From positions 390,001 to 422,000 of the forward strand of contig NC_014148.1 of assembly GCF_000092105.1 (NCBI RefSeq): a stretch of 32,000 nt of DNA. The letters are read 5' to 3'. The stretch is from Planctopirus limnophila DSM 3776 (GTDB lineage Bacteria > Planctomycetota > Planctomycetia > Planctomycetales > Planctomycetaceae). The first letter of the stretch is position 1. The number at the start of each line of letters is the position of its first letter. Under the pieces are notes generated by a model. It was given only the letters and a program-made list of their open reading frames with translations. It did no database searches and was not told the DNA's origin. Position numbers and translations under genes: made by a program. This document shows, piece after piece, positions 17,742-28,658 of the stretch.

Positions 17742-17948
17742 AGTGGCAATTCGCACTGACCCGGCCCGTGGATCCTGCAGCTAATGATAGCACAATCATT
17801 GATTGTTGAAACGATCATCCAGGTAAAACGCATCGACTTTTGGATGTGACGATGCAATTTGAGGGTTTTGCTGCACGTTATCGGCTCCTAGATACAATAT
17901 ATCGAATGCATTCAAAATTATGAACAAGTTGTAAATCCATGGCTTGCT

Positions 17949-18428
17949 TCAACTTGCAGCTGACTTTTCAGTAATCGAACTTCTCTGATCAGCAAACGCT
18001 GCCACAGCGAGAAATGCCCAGCCAGCCAGAAATGCGACTCCACCGAGAGGTGTTACGGCACCCAGGACACGAACTCCTGAAAGAGTGAGTGTATACAAGC
18101 TCCCTGAAAAGAGGATTACACCCACCAGGAACATCCATCCTGCCCAGTTCAGCAATCGAGAAGCCGTTTGGCCACTCTGCTGCTTGACCAGGGCCCAGAT
18201 GCCGACAGCCAGCAGGGCCAGGCCGTGGAACATCTGGTACTCCGCACCAGTCTTAAAATCCTGAAGATACTTGCGTGCCAGTGGAATCACTTCCCCCGCT
18301 ACCTCACGCGTCTGCCCTGCGTAGACAACGGCAAAATGATCGGTCAGGGAATGAGCGGCAAACGCTCCCGTGCCGACACTCGTCCCGCAAATCATGGCAC
18401 CGATGATCAACCACCATTGAGGTTTCAT
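17949..18428 (-). CDS. DUF423 (YgdD/TMEM256-like) membrane protein
   Basis: 159 aa with 4 TM helices. GAFAAH...FHGLALLAVG...ILFSGSLY...PLGGVAFLAGW are the characteristic DUF423 segments. Confidence 0.85.
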   Translation of the reverse strand: MKPQWWLIIGAMICGTSVGTGAFAAHSLTDHFAVVYAGQTREVAGEVIPLARKYLQDFKTGAEYQMFHGLALLAVGIWALVKQQSGQTASRLLNWAGWMFLVGVILFSGSLYTLTLSGVRVLGAVTPLGGVAFLAGWAFLAVAAFADQRSSITEKSAAS

Positions 18429-18603
18429 GGAGAACCTTCATGTTCTGAATTATTGAATTCGAATGACCCGACTCCCGCACCTTTCAGATTCTATTCTGCG
18501 CAGATTCCGTCCGATCGAACCACCCTATAGCTCTCCCGGGATGGCAAAGTTACAGTGGCCGGGACAATCACAGATCGACAACTCCGCTGACGAGAGCAAC
18601 TTC

Positions 18604-20106
18604 ATGAGTGACCTTCCGTTGATCAATCGCTACGCTGCATGGCCCGCGTTTTGGCCTGCTTTTTGGCCACAGAGTGCAAGTCGTCACTGGATCCGGTCGA
18701 TGTCTGTGGTCTTTCTGTGGTCGATATTATTTTCTGCGATCACGGTCTTTTCGCCCCATGCCAGTGCCAAAGATTACGTTGTCGGCCCCCAGTCCCCACT
18801 TAAAGAACTGGAAGAAGTCCCCTGGGAATCGCTCGAACCTGGCGACAAAGTACTGATTCATGCCCGCCCGGAGCCATATCGTTCCAAGTGGGTCATCTGC
18901 CGACGAGGAACGACAGATCAACCGATTGTGGTTATGGGGATTGCCAATAGCAGTGGCCAAAGACCCGTGATTGATGGGCGAGATGCACTCACTCGTTCAT
19001 CGTTGAACTTCTGGAGTGAAGGCCGGGGGATCATCAAGATCGGGGGGGCAAATCGGCCAGCCGATCTCACACCCGCCCATATCACCATTGCTAACCTCGA
19101 AGTTCGCAGTGCCCGTCCCCCTTTTCAGTTCAAAGGACGAGAAGGTGTCACCCCCTACCCGGAAAACGCGGCCAGCATTTTCATCGAAAAGGGTGAAGAC
19201 ATCACGATTTCCAATTGTGTGCTGCATGACAGTGGTAATGGATTCTTTACCTCGCCCCAGACACGCCGCATTCTCGTAGAAAAATGTGCGATCTATGGCA
19301 ACGGCATTGAAGGGAGCATCCTTGAACATAACAACTACACCTCTTCCGAGGGGATCACCTTTCAGTTCAATCAGTTCGGCCCATTAAGAGAGGGCTGCCT
19401 GGGGAATAACTTAAAGGACCGCTCCGCAGGTCTCGTGGTGAGATACAACTGGATCGAAGGGGGCAACCGCATGCTCGATCTGGTGGATGGTCACTGGAAA
19501 GAGCCCACACTACCAGAGGCCAACTATCGTGAAACCTTCGTCTTCGGCAACATCCTGATCAAGCAGAACGATCGAGGAAATAATCAGGTCGTCCATTATG
19601 GCGGTGATAGCGGCCGCCTCGATCAATACCGCATGGGGACGCTGTACTTCTATAACAACACTGTCATCTCCGAACGTCCCGCCACCACAGTCCTCTTTCG
19701 ACTTTCGTCGATGCAGGAAAGTGTGGATTGCCGCAATAACATCGTCTGGACGACGGCACCCGGTCGATCACTCGCGATTTTCGATGGGAATGGGACAGTC
19801 AACCTTTATCACAACTGGTTGAAGAAGGACTGGCGAAAAACCCATTCGACAGGTAAAGGAGAGATTCACGAACTGGGAGTTCTTCAAACTGGCGATAACC
19901 CCGGCTGGGTCGATATTGCTCGTCAGGACTTCCGTCTGCAGACCGATTCACAGCCACTACGCACAGGGAGTCCTTTGCCCGATGCCGCCATTCAAAAGCA
20001 CCAACTCAAGTTCTACTACAAGCCCCAGCGAGAATTTGAGAATCGACCTGCCGATCACCAGCACGATTTCGGAGCACTACCGATCTTGCCACATGCAGCG
20101 AAATAA
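18604..20106 (+). CDS. Secreted right-handed parallel beta-helix repeat protein (pectate/polysaccharide-lyase-like fold)
   Basis: Repeated short beta-helix rungs are visible: ITIANLEV, ITISNCVLHDSGNGFF, VEKCAIYGNG, VVRYNWIEGGN, VFGNILI, YFYNNTVI and CRNNIVW. A signal peptide MSVVFLWSILFSAITVFSPHASA is present. The start is ambiguous: ATG 18463, 18541, 18604 or 18700. Confidence 0.75.
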   Translation: MSDLPLINRYAAWPAFWPAFWPQSASRHWIRSMSVVFLWSILFSAITVFSPHASAKDYVVGPQSPLKELEEVPWESLEPGDKVLIHARPEPYRSKWVICRRGTTDQPIVVMGIANSSGQRPVIDGRDALTRSSLNFWSEGRGIIKIGGANRPADLTPAHITIANLEVRSARPPFQFKGREGVTPYPENAASIFIEKGEDITISNCVLHDSGNGFFTSPQTRRILVEKCAIYGNGIEGSILEHNNYTSSEGITFQFNQFGPLREGCLGNNLKDRSAGLVVRYNWIEGGNRMLDLVDGHWKEPTLPEANYRETFVFGNILIKQNDRGNNQVVHYGGDSGRLDQYRMGTLYFYNNTVISERPATTVLFRLSSMQESVDCRNNIVWTTAPGRSLAIFDGNGTVNLYHNWLKKDWRKTHSTGKGEIHELGVLQTGDNPGWVDIARQDFRLQTDSQPLRTGSPLPDAAIQKHQLKFYYKPQREFENRPADHQHDFGALPILPHAAK

Positions 20107-20140
20107 ATAGAGCATGACAACTGAGTTTCGATCGAGATCA

Positions 20141-20731
20141 TTAAGCCTTCGAATGGCTGATGGTAATCCCCAGCAGTTTCGCGAACTCACCGATCAAGGC
20201 AGCATGGGCCGGCCAGGCAGGAGCTGTGACCAGGTTGCCTTCGACATAGGCTTCATTGACGGGCGTGGCGACATATTGCCCTTGCGCCAATGTGATCTCC
20301 GGGCCACAGGCGGGATAGGCGGTACAGCGACGGCCGCTCATCACTCTGGCGGCGGTTAATATCTGAATACCATGGCAAATGGCAGCCACTGGCTTGGCTG
20401 CTTCAAAGAAATGCTTCACCAGATCGAGCACTCGCTGATCAAGCCGCAGGTACTCAGGAGAGCGGCCGCCGGGGAGATAGAGACCGTCATAAGTTGATTG
20501 CTGAGTGGCTGCCTCATCAAGTTCGGCATTTAAAGTGAATCGATGTCCTGGCTTTTCGCTATAGGTCTGATCCCCTTCAAAATCGTGAATCGCGGTTTTG
20601 ATGAAATCACCAGCGCGTCGATCAGGGCAGACGACATCGACCTCACAGCCCAGAAGCTGCAGCATCTGGTAGGGAACCATCAACTCGTAATCTTCGACGA
20701 AATCACCGGCGATGATCAGAATCTTCGGCAT
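20141..20731 (-). CDS. DJ-1/PfpI family protein (class-I glutamine-amidotransferase-like)
   Basis: [22 protein letters not shown]..., [15 protein letters not shown] and the nucleophile-elbow motif [10 protein letters not shown] are present. An alternative ATG at 20743 would add MSFL. Confidence 0.9.
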   Translation of the reverse strand: MPKILIIAGDFVEDYELMVPYQMLQLLGCEVDVVCPDRRAGDFIKTAIHDFEGDQTYSEKPGHRFTLNAELDEAATQQSTYDGLYLPGGRSPEYLRLDQRVLDLVKHFFEAAKPVAAICHGIQILTAARVMSGRRCTAYPACGPEITLAQGQYVATPVNEAYVEGNLVTAPAWPAHAALIGEFAKLLGITISHSKA

Positions 20732-20760
20732 CAAAAAGCTCATTTCTATCGATGGAGGAA

Positions 20761-21444
20761 TCAGGCTGTGGTCCTGGGTGAAGAAATCTTTGTGATGACG
20801 ACTCGTTGAAGATAATCAATCACTTCTTCGAGAGATGTTGAAGTCGTATCCACGATAGTCGCATCAATCGCTGGACGTAATGGAGCGATGGTCCGGTTCT
20901 CATCACGTTCATCGCGCAGTTGTTGTTGCTCAAGGATCTCTTCAAGCGGCACAGTTTGCCCGGAACTGCGAAGCTGAGCTTCACGCCGTTTGGCACGTTC
21001 TAACGGAGATGCCGTCAGAAAAAACTTGCAGGGAGCCTCGGGGAAAACGATGGTTCCCTGGTCTCGTCCCTCAGTGACGATATTCTGCCCCTCCGCAGCA
21101 CGCCGTTGCAGTGCCACCATTTGCTCGCGCACACCTTCGATGGCTGCCACTTGAGAAGCGACTAACGTAACTTGTGGCAAGCGAATGGCCTGCGTTACAT
21201 CCTGTCCATTCAGACGGATGGTTTGATCTTCGATCTGCAGGTCGGCCTGGCGAGCAAAGTTGGTCACCAGATCGTGACGAGTCAGATCCATTCCCTGCTG
21301 CAGGCATCCCCAGGCAATGGCTCGATACATCGCGCCCGTGTCCAGAAATGAAAAACCAAGCAATTGAGCCAACTTTCGAGCGGCTGTGCTCTTGCCGGTC
21401 CCTGCTGGCCCATCAATGGTAATGACAACATGACCGCCCGACAT
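20761..21444 (-). CDS. cmk: Cytidylate kinase
   Basis: [36 protein letters not shown] is the Cmk P-loop and N-terminal signature. The ATG at 21444 (MSGGHVV) is preferred over the ORF-track start at 21525. Confidence 0.93.
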   Translation of the reverse strand: MSGGHVVITIDGPAGTGKSTAARKLAQLLGFSFLDTGAMYRAIAWGCLQQGMDLTRHDLVTNFARQADLQIEDQTIRLNGQDVTQAIRLPQVTLVASQVAAIEGVREQMVALQRRAAEGQNIVTEGRDQGTIVFPEAPCKFFLTASPLERAKRREAQLRSSGQTVPLEEILEQQQLRDERDENRTIAPLRPAIDATIVDTTSTSLEEVIDYLQRVVITKISSPRTTA

Positions 21445-21573
21445 TTTCCGGGGGATCCCCTCTGGATGAGTACCGATTTCAAACGAATGCACGCCAGCAT
21501 GCAGGTATCGACCGCATGGCGTCAACCATCCGTTGGAGAGATCACTCGCCAGCCACGAGATCTTCCCTGGAAC

Positions 21574-22761
21574 TCATTGAGCGAGAATCGGCACAATCTC
21601 TGTCTGAAGTGCGCCACCAGTCACTTCTACACGTCCATTCGGGTGAATCAGCACATCGACTTCGCTGCGAACACCGAACTCTTCCAGATAGATTCCGGGC
21701 TCAATCGAGAAGCATGTCCGGGGAATCAAGGCTCGGGTTTCATGCGTCTCTAGGTTATCGATATGGGCACCATTCCCATGAACTTCCTGGCCAATGTTAT
21801 GCCCTGTCCGATGGACATAGTAAGGCCCGTAGCCTGCCTTTTCGATCACTTCGCGGCAGGCATCATCGACTTCATAACCTTCAACTCGCCGGCCTGCAGC
21901 AAAAGCATCCACCACATACTGGATGGCGGCATCGCGGGCAGCAGCCACGACGTGAAAAACCTTGGTGTACTTCTCGGGAACACTCGTCCCCACATAACCC
22001 GTACGAGTTAAGTCGCTATAGACTGCCCTGGGCTTGTCGAGCTTGCCCCACAAGTCGACCAGTACGAAATCGCCTTCGCGAATGATCGTGTCGGGTAGTG
22101 AACCTGTTTCAAAATGCGGGTCACCACTATGGGCATTCACACCCACAATCGGCGGGCTGTAGGTGGTGACTCCATGAGCCTCGAAGTGATCCAGAATCGC
22201 CCGCTGGACTCGCAGTTCATCTGAGTGACCCTGGCTATTGATATCGTTGGCGATCGTCTTCCACGCCACGACATACGCGGCATCAGTGACTTTGGACGCC
22301 TCCAGATGCATGGCAATCTGCTCGTCATCCCAGACCGATTCAAACAACTGAATGAGATCTCCCGAAGAAACAACTTCCACGCCAAAAGACCGGATCAGCT
22401 CAATTGTCCCGCCATCCACGCGCGAAATGTACGGGTTACCATTCCGGGGAGCGTATTCCATGGCGATTTTTTTGCTGCCAGCTACCAGGGCCGCCATCCC
22501 CTCTTCGAACTCACTCCACTTAAGATAGATCCTTTTGTCGCCAGGTAATGCGTCGAGCACACCCGTTTCGATGCGATGTACCAGTTTTCGAGGAGTCCCT
22601 TCTTTAGGGATAAAATAGGCCCAGCGACGGCTGGTTTTTTTATCCAGCCCCAGCACACGTTCGGCCAGTACGTTTGACTTGCGAAAATCGTACAACAACC
22701 AGCCATCGACTCCCTGTTCCCGAATCGCTGCCTGAACGTCGCTGAGTGAGAACATGCCCAT
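21574..22761 (-). CDS. M24-family metallopeptidase (Xaa-Pro aminopeptidase / prolidase-like)
   Basis: There is a creatinase/prolidase-like N-terminal domain and a pita-bread C-terminal domain. Metal ligands appear in VLVDLWG (D), YSDLTRT (D), HRTGHNIG (H), FSIEPG (E) and RSEVDV (E). The start is the ATG at 22761 or 22755. Confidence 0.88.
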   Translation of the reverse strand: MGMFSLSDVQAAIREQGVDGWLLYDFRKSNVLAERVLGLDKKTSRRWAYFIPKEGTPRKLVHRIETGVLDALPGDKRIYLKWSEFEEGMAALVAGSKKIAMEYAPRNGNPYISRVDGGTIELIRSFGVEVVSSGDLIQLFESVWDDEQIAMHLEASKVTDAAYVVAWKTIANDINSQGHSDELRVQRAILDHFEAHGVTTYSPPIVGVNAHSGDPHFETGSLPDTIIREGDFVLVDLWGKLDKPRAVYSDLTRTGYVGTSVPEKYTKVFHVVAAARDAAIQYVVDAFAAGRRVEGYEVDDACREVIEKAGYGPYYVHRTGHNIGQEVHGNGAHIDNLETHETRALIPRTCFSIEPGIYLEEFGVRSEVDVLIHPNGRVEVTGGALQTEIVPILAQ

Positions 22762-22882
22762 AAAAGATCTACCAGAAGTTAAAGTTTGATTTTGCGTGCG
22801 GAAATACTTGTTGCCATACAATGCAATCTCGGCAGTCGAAGGTCAACTCTGCGAGCGTGGCGGAGAGCCCAGATGGATCGAC

Positions 22883-23506
22883 TCAACTGGGAGATGTCTC
22901 AGGCGGCTGAGGATCAATAAACTCCTGAATCTGGTGAATCATCTGCCGGCAGGCGGACGACAGGATTTGCAGGTCGCTATCAATCCCACTGGCCGCTGTC
23001 ACCATCTCGCGGTGGTACCAGAGCCATTCCGCAGGCGTCGCGCTGAACTTTTCCAGGGCCCGGGGGTTTTCCTGCAGGTCGAACCAGGTGGCCCCCAGAT
23101 TGTGCAGCTTGTCGGCTAGAGTAATGGCCCTGGCCGCATGTGAGGCCATGCGCATCTGCGCGAGATGCTTTTCTTTGCGCACTCTCCAGGGAATCGCCGC
23201 TCCTGTTGGGTCTTCCTTTTCCTCAGTCGAAGCGATGACGGCCTGAATCACCGCCGGTGAAAACTGTTTTTCGAGGTCAGCGATGGTCACCTCGGTATCT
23301 TCGACAATGTCATGCAGAATCGCAGCGGCAATCAATTCATCGTCGGCGAATCCCGCTCTTTGCAGAATCAAAGCCACCCCCGCCAGATGGGATAAGTACG
23401 GAACATTGGTCGCCTTCCGCAATTGACCATGATGTGCGACCGCCGCGACTCGCAAAGCCTTTTCGATGACCATCGAATACAAAGGCGACACCATCGTTCC
23501 CATCAT
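22883..23506 (-). CDS. HD-domain protein, RelA/SpoT-type (p)ppGpp hydrolase-like (small alarmone hydrolase candidate)
   Basis: AHHGQLRK ... PYLSHLAGVA ... AAILHDIVEDT match the SpoT/Mesh1 HD hydrolase motifs. The ATG at 23506 has an AGGAG box 8 nt upstream; the ORF-track GTG is at 23557. Confidence 0.8.
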   Translation of the reverse strand: MMGTMVSPLYSMVIEKALRVAAVAHHGQLRKATNVPYLSHLAGVALILQRAGFADDELIAAAILHDIVEDTEVTIADLEKQFSPAVIQAVIASTEEKEDPTGAAIPWRVRKEKHLAQMRMASHAARAITLADKLHNLGATWFDLQENPRALEKFSATPAEWLWYHREMVTAASGIDSDLQILSSACRQMIHQIQEFIDPQPPETSPS

Positions 23507-23820
23507 CAGATTTGCTCCTGCAGAAAATGTCTGCTCACTTCGCTTCCCAAGAATCACTATCGAACCAGATTTATTCCGGCAGCGAAAGCTCTCGATCCGC
23601 TTTCATGAGTCGCCAGTATTCTGCGGGGATTTCGCCAAACCGAATTGACCATTTACCCGAGACATTGACCAGTCGGTCTCGCTTCCTTGATTCTCCATGA
23701 GGGCTTGGTACGCTTGGGAAGTTTTGCGCCGATTGGTTCGAGGCAGCAACTTCAGCCGTAAGAGTAGAACTGTCAATTGTTTTCGCTGATTGCTGACCGT
23801 CTTAGGGAGATTTCACAGCC

Positions 23821-26800
23821 GTGCCCCGCCGCGACGACCTCAAGAAGATACTCATTATTGGTTCGGGCCCTATTGTCATCGGGCAGGCATGTGAATTCGA
23901 TTATTCAGGGACTCAGGCCTGCAAAGCCTTGCGCGAGTGTGGATACGAGGTGGTCCTCGTCAATTCCAACCCCGCCACAATCATGACGGACCCGAATACG
24001 GCTGATTCCACCTACATCGAGCCGATTCACTGGCAGTATGTCGCGAAAATCATCGAGAACGAACGTCCCGATGCGATCTTGCCGACGCTGGGCGGTCAGA
24101 CGGGTCTGAATACCGGTATGGAACTGTTTCGCCGGGGCATTCTCGAAAAATACAACTGCGAGATGATTGGGGCTCGCGCGGACGTCATTGAAAAGGCCGA
24201 AGATCGCCAACTCTTCAAGGAAGCGATGCAGAAGATCGGGCTCGATGTCTGTCGCAGCCGGATCGTCAACTCGATGGAAGAGGCCCGCGACGTTCTCAAA
24301 GAAATCGGCCTCCCCATTATCATTCGCGCCAGTTTTACTCTCGGCGGCATGGGTGGTGGTATCGCTTACAATCGCGAAGAATTCGAAGAGAAGGTTCGCA
24401 AAGGGATTGAACTCTCTCCGATCAATGAAGTCCTCCTTGAGGAATCGATCATTGGCTGGAAAGAGTACGAGATGGAAGTGATGCGGGATAAGGCCGACAA
24501 CGTCGTCATTATCTGCTCCATCGAGAACCTCGACCCGATGGGTGTGCATACCGGCGATTCGATCACCGTCGCACCTGCTCAGACACTGACCGACCGTGAA
24601 TATCAGCGCATGCGTGATGCCACGATTGCCGTCATGCGGGAAATTGGCGTGGAGACCGGTGGCTCGAATGTCCAGTTCGCCATTCATCCACAGACCGGCC
24701 GTATGGTCGTGGTGGAAATGAATCCGCGCGTCAGTCGCTCCAGTGCACTGGCTTCGAAGGCGACGGGTTTCCCGATTGCCAAAATTGCTGCGAAGCTCGC
24801 CGTCGGCTTCACACTTGATGAAATCCCCAATGACATTACCCGGGAAACGCTCGCCTGCTTTGAACCGACGATTGATTATGTCGTCACCAAGGTTCCCCGC
24901 TGGACATTCGAAAAATTTCCCGAAGCCGATCCTGAACTCACCGTGCAGATGAAGTCAGTCGGCGAAACGATGGCCATTGGCCGTACTTTCAAAGAATCAC
25001 TGCAGAAGGCGCTGCGCGGGCTGGAAATTGGCCACTTCGGCTTAGGTGGCGGCAAGAAAGATCTTTGGGATTCCGATCACCGCCCCACTATCGAAGAGAT
25101 CGAAGGCAAGCTCGCCACTCCCAACGACATGCGGATCTTTTATCTCCGTTATGCGATGAAGGCCGGTCTGAGCAACTCCGAAATCCACGATCTCACCAAG
25201 ATCGACCCATGGTTTCTTGAAAACATTCGCGACATTGTCCGGATGGAAGACCGCCTGCGCTGTCATGAGCGACTTGACCAGGTCAGTGATGAACTGCTGC
25301 GAGAAGTCAAACGCTACGGCTTCTCCGACAAGCAGATTGGCGACTGGCTCGATGTCTCGGATATGGAAGTCCGGCGCGAACGCAAGCGGCGGGGCATTCT
25401 TCCCACGTTTAAGCAGGTCGATACCTGTGCTGCGGAATTCGAAGCTTATACGCCTTATTACTACTCGACCTACGAATCGGAAGACGAAGCCCCGGGCCCC
25501 CGCACCGATGGTCGTCAGCGAGTCATCATTTTAGGTGGCGGCCCGAACCGGATTGGCCAGGGGATCGAATTCGATTACTGCTGCTGCCAGGCCTCGTTCG
25601 CACTTCGCGAACTGGGTATTGAATCGGTTATGGTCAATTCCAATCCGGAAACGGTCTCGACTGATTATGACACTTCCGATCTGCTCTTCTTTGAACCACT
25701 CACGACGGAAGACGTGCTGAATATTTGCGATCGCCTTCAGCCCGATGGCGTGATTGTTCAATTCGGTGGGCAGACACCCCTCAACCTGGCCCGTGGTCTT
25801 GAACAAGCGGGCGTGAAGATCATCGGCACAAGTCCCTCAATGATTGATGCCGCGGAAGATCGCGAGATCTTCAAGGGAATTCTCGACAAGCTGGGATTGC
25901 ACCAGCCACCCAACGGCATGGCGACCGATGCCGCTCGCGCTGTGCAGATTGCCAGTGAAATTGGTTATCCCGTCCTCGTCCGCCCCAGCTTTGTGCTGGG
26001 TGGCCGGGCCATGCAGATCTGTTACGACGAGCGCATGGTGCGCGAATACATGACAGAAGCCGTCAATGTTTCACCCGATCGTCCAGTGCTCATCGATAAG
26101 TTCCTCGAAGACGCGGTCGAAGTCGATGTCGATGCCATTTCTGATGGTGAAATCACAGTGGTGGGCGGGGTCATGGAGCATATCGAAGAAGCGGGCGTTC
26201 ACTCAGGCGATTCGGCCTGTGTGCTGCCGCCTTATTCCCTCCCCGACGCCATTGTCGATGAAATCAAAACGGCCACTTATGCACTGGCCAAAGAGCTGCA
26301 GGTACGCGGCCTGATGAATATCCAGTTCGCCGTCAAACACCAGGGTGGCGAGCCCGTCGTCTATGTTCTTGAAGTCAATCCGCGGGCGAGCCGCACCTCG
26401 CCTTTCGTGAGCAAAGCCACGAACGTCCCCTTGCCGAAGCTGGCAGCCAAGATCATGGTTGGCAAAACCTTGAAGGAGCTGGGCTTCACTAAGGAGGTTG
26501 TGCCGCCTTACGTTTCGGTCAAAGAGAGCGTCTTCCCGTTCACTCGCTTTGCTGGTGTCGATATCATCCTCGGGCCCGAGATGAAATCGACCGGCGAAGT
26601 CATGGGCATCGACTCGACATTCCCAGCTGCTTATGCCCGGTCTCAACTGGGTGCCGGGAATAAGCTCCCTTCGAGCGGAGCCGTCTTTATCAGTCTCGCC
26701 GGCCGACACAAAGAGCACATCATCAGCAGTGCCCGGCGGCTGATTGATATGGGCTTCAAGATTCTGGCAACCTCAGGGACTTCGCGTGTTCTGCGCGAAG

Positions 26801-27093
26801 CAGGGATCGAAGTCGAGACAGTTCGTAAATTGCAGGAAGGTCGCCCGAACCTGCTCGATTACATGGCGAATAACCAGGTTCAACTTGTCTTTAATACACC
26901 CAGTGGAAAGGGTGCCCGTTCTGACGAAGGCCGCATTCGTGCTGCCGCTGTCATGAATGGCATCCCCTGCGTCACCACGCTGCCCGGTTGTATTGCCGTG
27001 GTGCAGGCCCTGGAATCGATTCAGGAATCGCCTGAACCGAGCGTGACTTCATTGCAGCAGTGGATTGCTCAGTTGCCTGCCAGCAAAGCGTAA
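23821..27093 (+). CDS. carB: Carbamoyl-phosphate synthase large subunit
   Basis: 1090 aa. [37 protein letters not shown] is the canonical CarB N-terminus. The ATP-grasp halves are duplicated (second copy: [22 protein letters not shown]) and there is a C-terminal MGS-like domain. The start is GTG. No carA is adjacent. Confidence 0.97.
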   Translation: MPRRDDLKKILIIGSGPIVIGQACEFDYSGTQACKALRECGYEVVLVNSNPATIMTDPNTADSTYIEPIHWQYVAKIIENERPDAILPTLGGQTGLNTGMELFRRGILEKYNCEMIGARADVIEKAEDRQLFKEAMQKIGLDVCRSRIVNSMEEARDVLKEIGLPIIIRASFTLGGMGGGIAYNREEFEEKVRKGIELSPINEVLLEESIIGWKEYEMEVMRDKADNVVIICSIENLDPMGVHTGDSITVAPAQTLTDREYQRMRDATIAVMREIGVETGGSNVQFAIHPQTGRMVVVEMNPRVSRSSALASKATGFPIAKIAAKLAVGFTLDEIPNDITRETLACFEPTIDYVVTKVPRWTFEKFPEADPELTVQMKSVGETMAIGRTFKESLQKALRGLEIGHFGLGGGKKDLWDSDHRPTIEEIEGKLATPNDMRIFYLRYAMKAGLSNSEIHDLTKIDPWFLENIRDIVRMEDRLRCHERLDQVSDELLREVKRYGFSDKQIGDWLDVSDMEVRRERKRRGILPTFKQVDTCAAEFEAYTPYYYSTYESEDEAPGPRTDGRQRVIILGGGPNRIGQGIEFDYCCCQASFALRELGIESVMVNSNPETVSTDYDTSDLLFFEPLTTEDVLNICDRLQPDGVIVQFGGQTPLNLARGLEQAGVKIIGTSPSMIDAAEDREIFKGILDKLGLHQPPNGMATDAARAVQIASEIGYPVLVRPSFVLGGRAMQICYDERMVREYMTEAVNVSPDRPVLIDKFLEDAVEVDVDAISDGEITVVGGVMEHIEEAGVHSGDSACVLPPYSLPDAIVDEIKTATYALAKELQVRGLMNIQFAVKHQGGEPVVYVLEVNPRASRTSPFVSKATNVPLPKLAAKIMVGKTLKELGFTKEVVPPYVSVKESVFPFTRFAGVDIILGPEMKSTGEVMGIDSTFPAAYARSQLGAGNKLPSSGAVFISLAGRHKEHIISSARRLIDMGFKILATSGTSRVLREAGIEVETVRKLQEGRPNLLDYMANNQVQLVFNTPSGKGARSDEGRIRAAAVMNGIPCVTTLPGCIAVVQALESIQESPEPSVTSLQQWIAQLPASKA

Positions 27094-27116
27094 GCCCCCA
27101 AGTGAACCTCAAGTGT

Positions 27117-27152
27117 GCCGACCCCGGTTCGCCGGGGACGGCTTCCAGTTTC
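27117..27152 (+). terminator. GC-rich hairpin after carB (possible terminator or attenuator)
   Basis: GCCG-a-CCCCGG [ttcg] CCGGGG-a-CGGC is followed by TTCCAGTTTCC, so the U-tract is interrupted and termination efficiency is uncertain. Confidence 0.4.
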
Positions 27153-27236
27153 CTCTGGCATCTTGCGGTTCGATGTGTTGGAATCAATGGGTGCATTGCC
27201 CCGCCCTTCGTGGTTCACCCGCCGGATTCTCCCGCC

Positions 27237-28658
27237 ATGACACATTGCTTGAATTTTCAGTCATCTCCCACAAATCGCCGTGAATATCTGTCGCAATTGG
27301 CCTGTGGTTTTGGTGGCGTGGCACTGGCGGGCCTGGCTGCAGAACGAGGCTATGCTGATGTTGCCGGCGCACCGGTTCTGCCTGCGACTCATCATGCCCC
27401 CAAAGCAAAAAACATCATCTTTCTGTATATGGATGGTGGCCCATCTCAGATGGATCTGTTCGATCCCAAGCCCAGGCTCACCAAAGAGCATGGCGAACCC
27501 ATGAAGATGAAAGTTCAGGCCACGCAATTCGATAACAACGGCAAGATCATGAAGTCGCCTTGGGAGTTCACTCAGCATGGCGAAAGTGGCTTACCTTTCA
27601 GTTCGCTGATTCCTCACATTGCCTCGAAGGCCGACGATCTGTGTGTCATCCGCTCGATGACCTCCGCCTTCTCTGAACATACCAATGCCAATTACTTTCT
27701 CCATACAGGCCACGGACTGCAGGGCCGTCCCAGCATGGGTGCCTGGGTTTCGTATGGCCTGGGAACAGAATGCCAGAACCTGCCAGGATTTCTCGTACTC
27801 AATGGCGGCCTCATCCCTCCCGGTGGTGTCGATTGCTTCCACAATGGCTTTTTGCCGGCCACCCATCAGGGGTCAATTCTTAAATCACAAAAGATGCCCA
27901 TCTCGGATCTGGAACCTGCTCCCGGGCCACTTGCAGCACAAAAAAGAAAGCTCGATCTGCTCAAGCAACTCGACCAGGCCGCTTCCAATCGCGCAGGGAG
28001 GCCAGATGCTCTCGAATCGGCCATTGCCAACTACGAACTGGCCTTTCGCATGCAAACCACTGTTCCTCAACTGGTGGATCTGGCCACCGAATCGGAAGCC
28101 ACTCAAAAACTTTATGGTCTCGATTCCGATTTTGCTCCAACGCGCGTTTATGCAAGGCAATGTCTTCTGGCCCGCAGGCTCGTCGAATCAGGTGTGCGAT
28201 TTATCGAACTGACTTGCCCCGGCGTGGGTGTCGATCGCTGGGATCAGCATGGTGGTCTCAAAAATGGTCACGAATTGAACTGTAAAGCGGTTGATCAACC
28301 GATTGCAGCTCTCCTGACGGATCTGAAAAGTCGTGGCCTTCTTGACCAGACTCTGGTTGTCTTCGCCGGTGAGTTTGGCAGAACTCCTCAGGCCCAGGGT
28401 GCCGACGGCCGTGATCACAATCCCTTTGGCTACACCGTCTGGATGGCTGGCGGTGGTGTGAAGGGAGGCATGAGCTATGGCCAGACTGATGAATATGGCT
28501 ATTACGCCATCGACAAAAAACTGGAGATTCATGACCTGCATGCCACCATGCTCTGGCTCATGGGAATTGACCATACGAGGTTAACGGTTCGTTTTGGTGG
28601 GCGGGACATGCGGCTGACCGATGTCTTTGGACATGTGGTTCACGATGTGATTGCCTGA
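27237..28658 (+). CDS. DUF1501 domain protein (sulfatase / alkaline-phosphatase-superfamily-like, RR-type signal)
   Basis: From the ATG at 27237: MTHCLNFQSSPTNRREYLSQLACGFGGVALAGL (Tat-like RR leader). FLYMDGGPSQMDLFDPKP follows, with a C-terminal GRDHNPFG...WMAGGGVKGG, typical of DUF1501. The ORF-track start at 27060 overlaps carB and is rejected. Confidence 0.9.
   Translation: MTHCLNFQSSPTNRREYLSQLACGFGGVALAGLAAERGYADVAGAPVLPATHHAPKAKNIIFLYMDGGPSQMDLFDPKPRLTKEHGEPMKMKVQATQFDNNGKIMKSPWEFTQHGESGLPFSSLIPHIASKADDLCVIRSMTSAFSEHTNANYFLHTGHGLQGRPSMGAWVSYGLGTECQNLPGFLVLNGGLIPPGGVDCFHNGFLPATHQGSILKSQKMPISDLEPAPGPLAAQKRKLDLLKQLDQAASNRAGRPDALESAIANYELAFRMQTTVPQLVDLATESEATQKLYGLDSDFAPTRVYARQCLLARRLVESGVRFIELTCPGVGVDRWDQHGGLKNGHELNCKAVDQPIAALLTDLKSRGLLDQTLVVFAGEFGRTPQAQGADGRDHNPFGYTVWMAGGGVKGGMSYGQTDEYGYYAIDKKLEIHDLHATMLWLMGIDHTRLTVRFGGRDMRLTDVFGHVVHDVIA

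Noticed and set aside
16032-17948. Integrative element or prophage remnant at tRNA-Asp
   Set aside because: I found no integrase, recombinase or phage-like ORF, and no direct repeat of the tRNA 3' end. Only the compositional islet is reported.
23644-23671. ATTGACCA direct repeat spaced 20 bp upstream of carB, as possible tandem promoters or an operator
   Set aside because: Each copy contains a -35-like TTGACC, but neither has a credible -10 hexamer at 16-18 nt. An 8-bp repeat is too short to exclude chance.
23905-24687. 260-aa ORF antisense to carB, together with 26203-26718 and several shorter ones
   Set aside because: These are shadow ORFs within a 1090-aa gene whose identity is certain.
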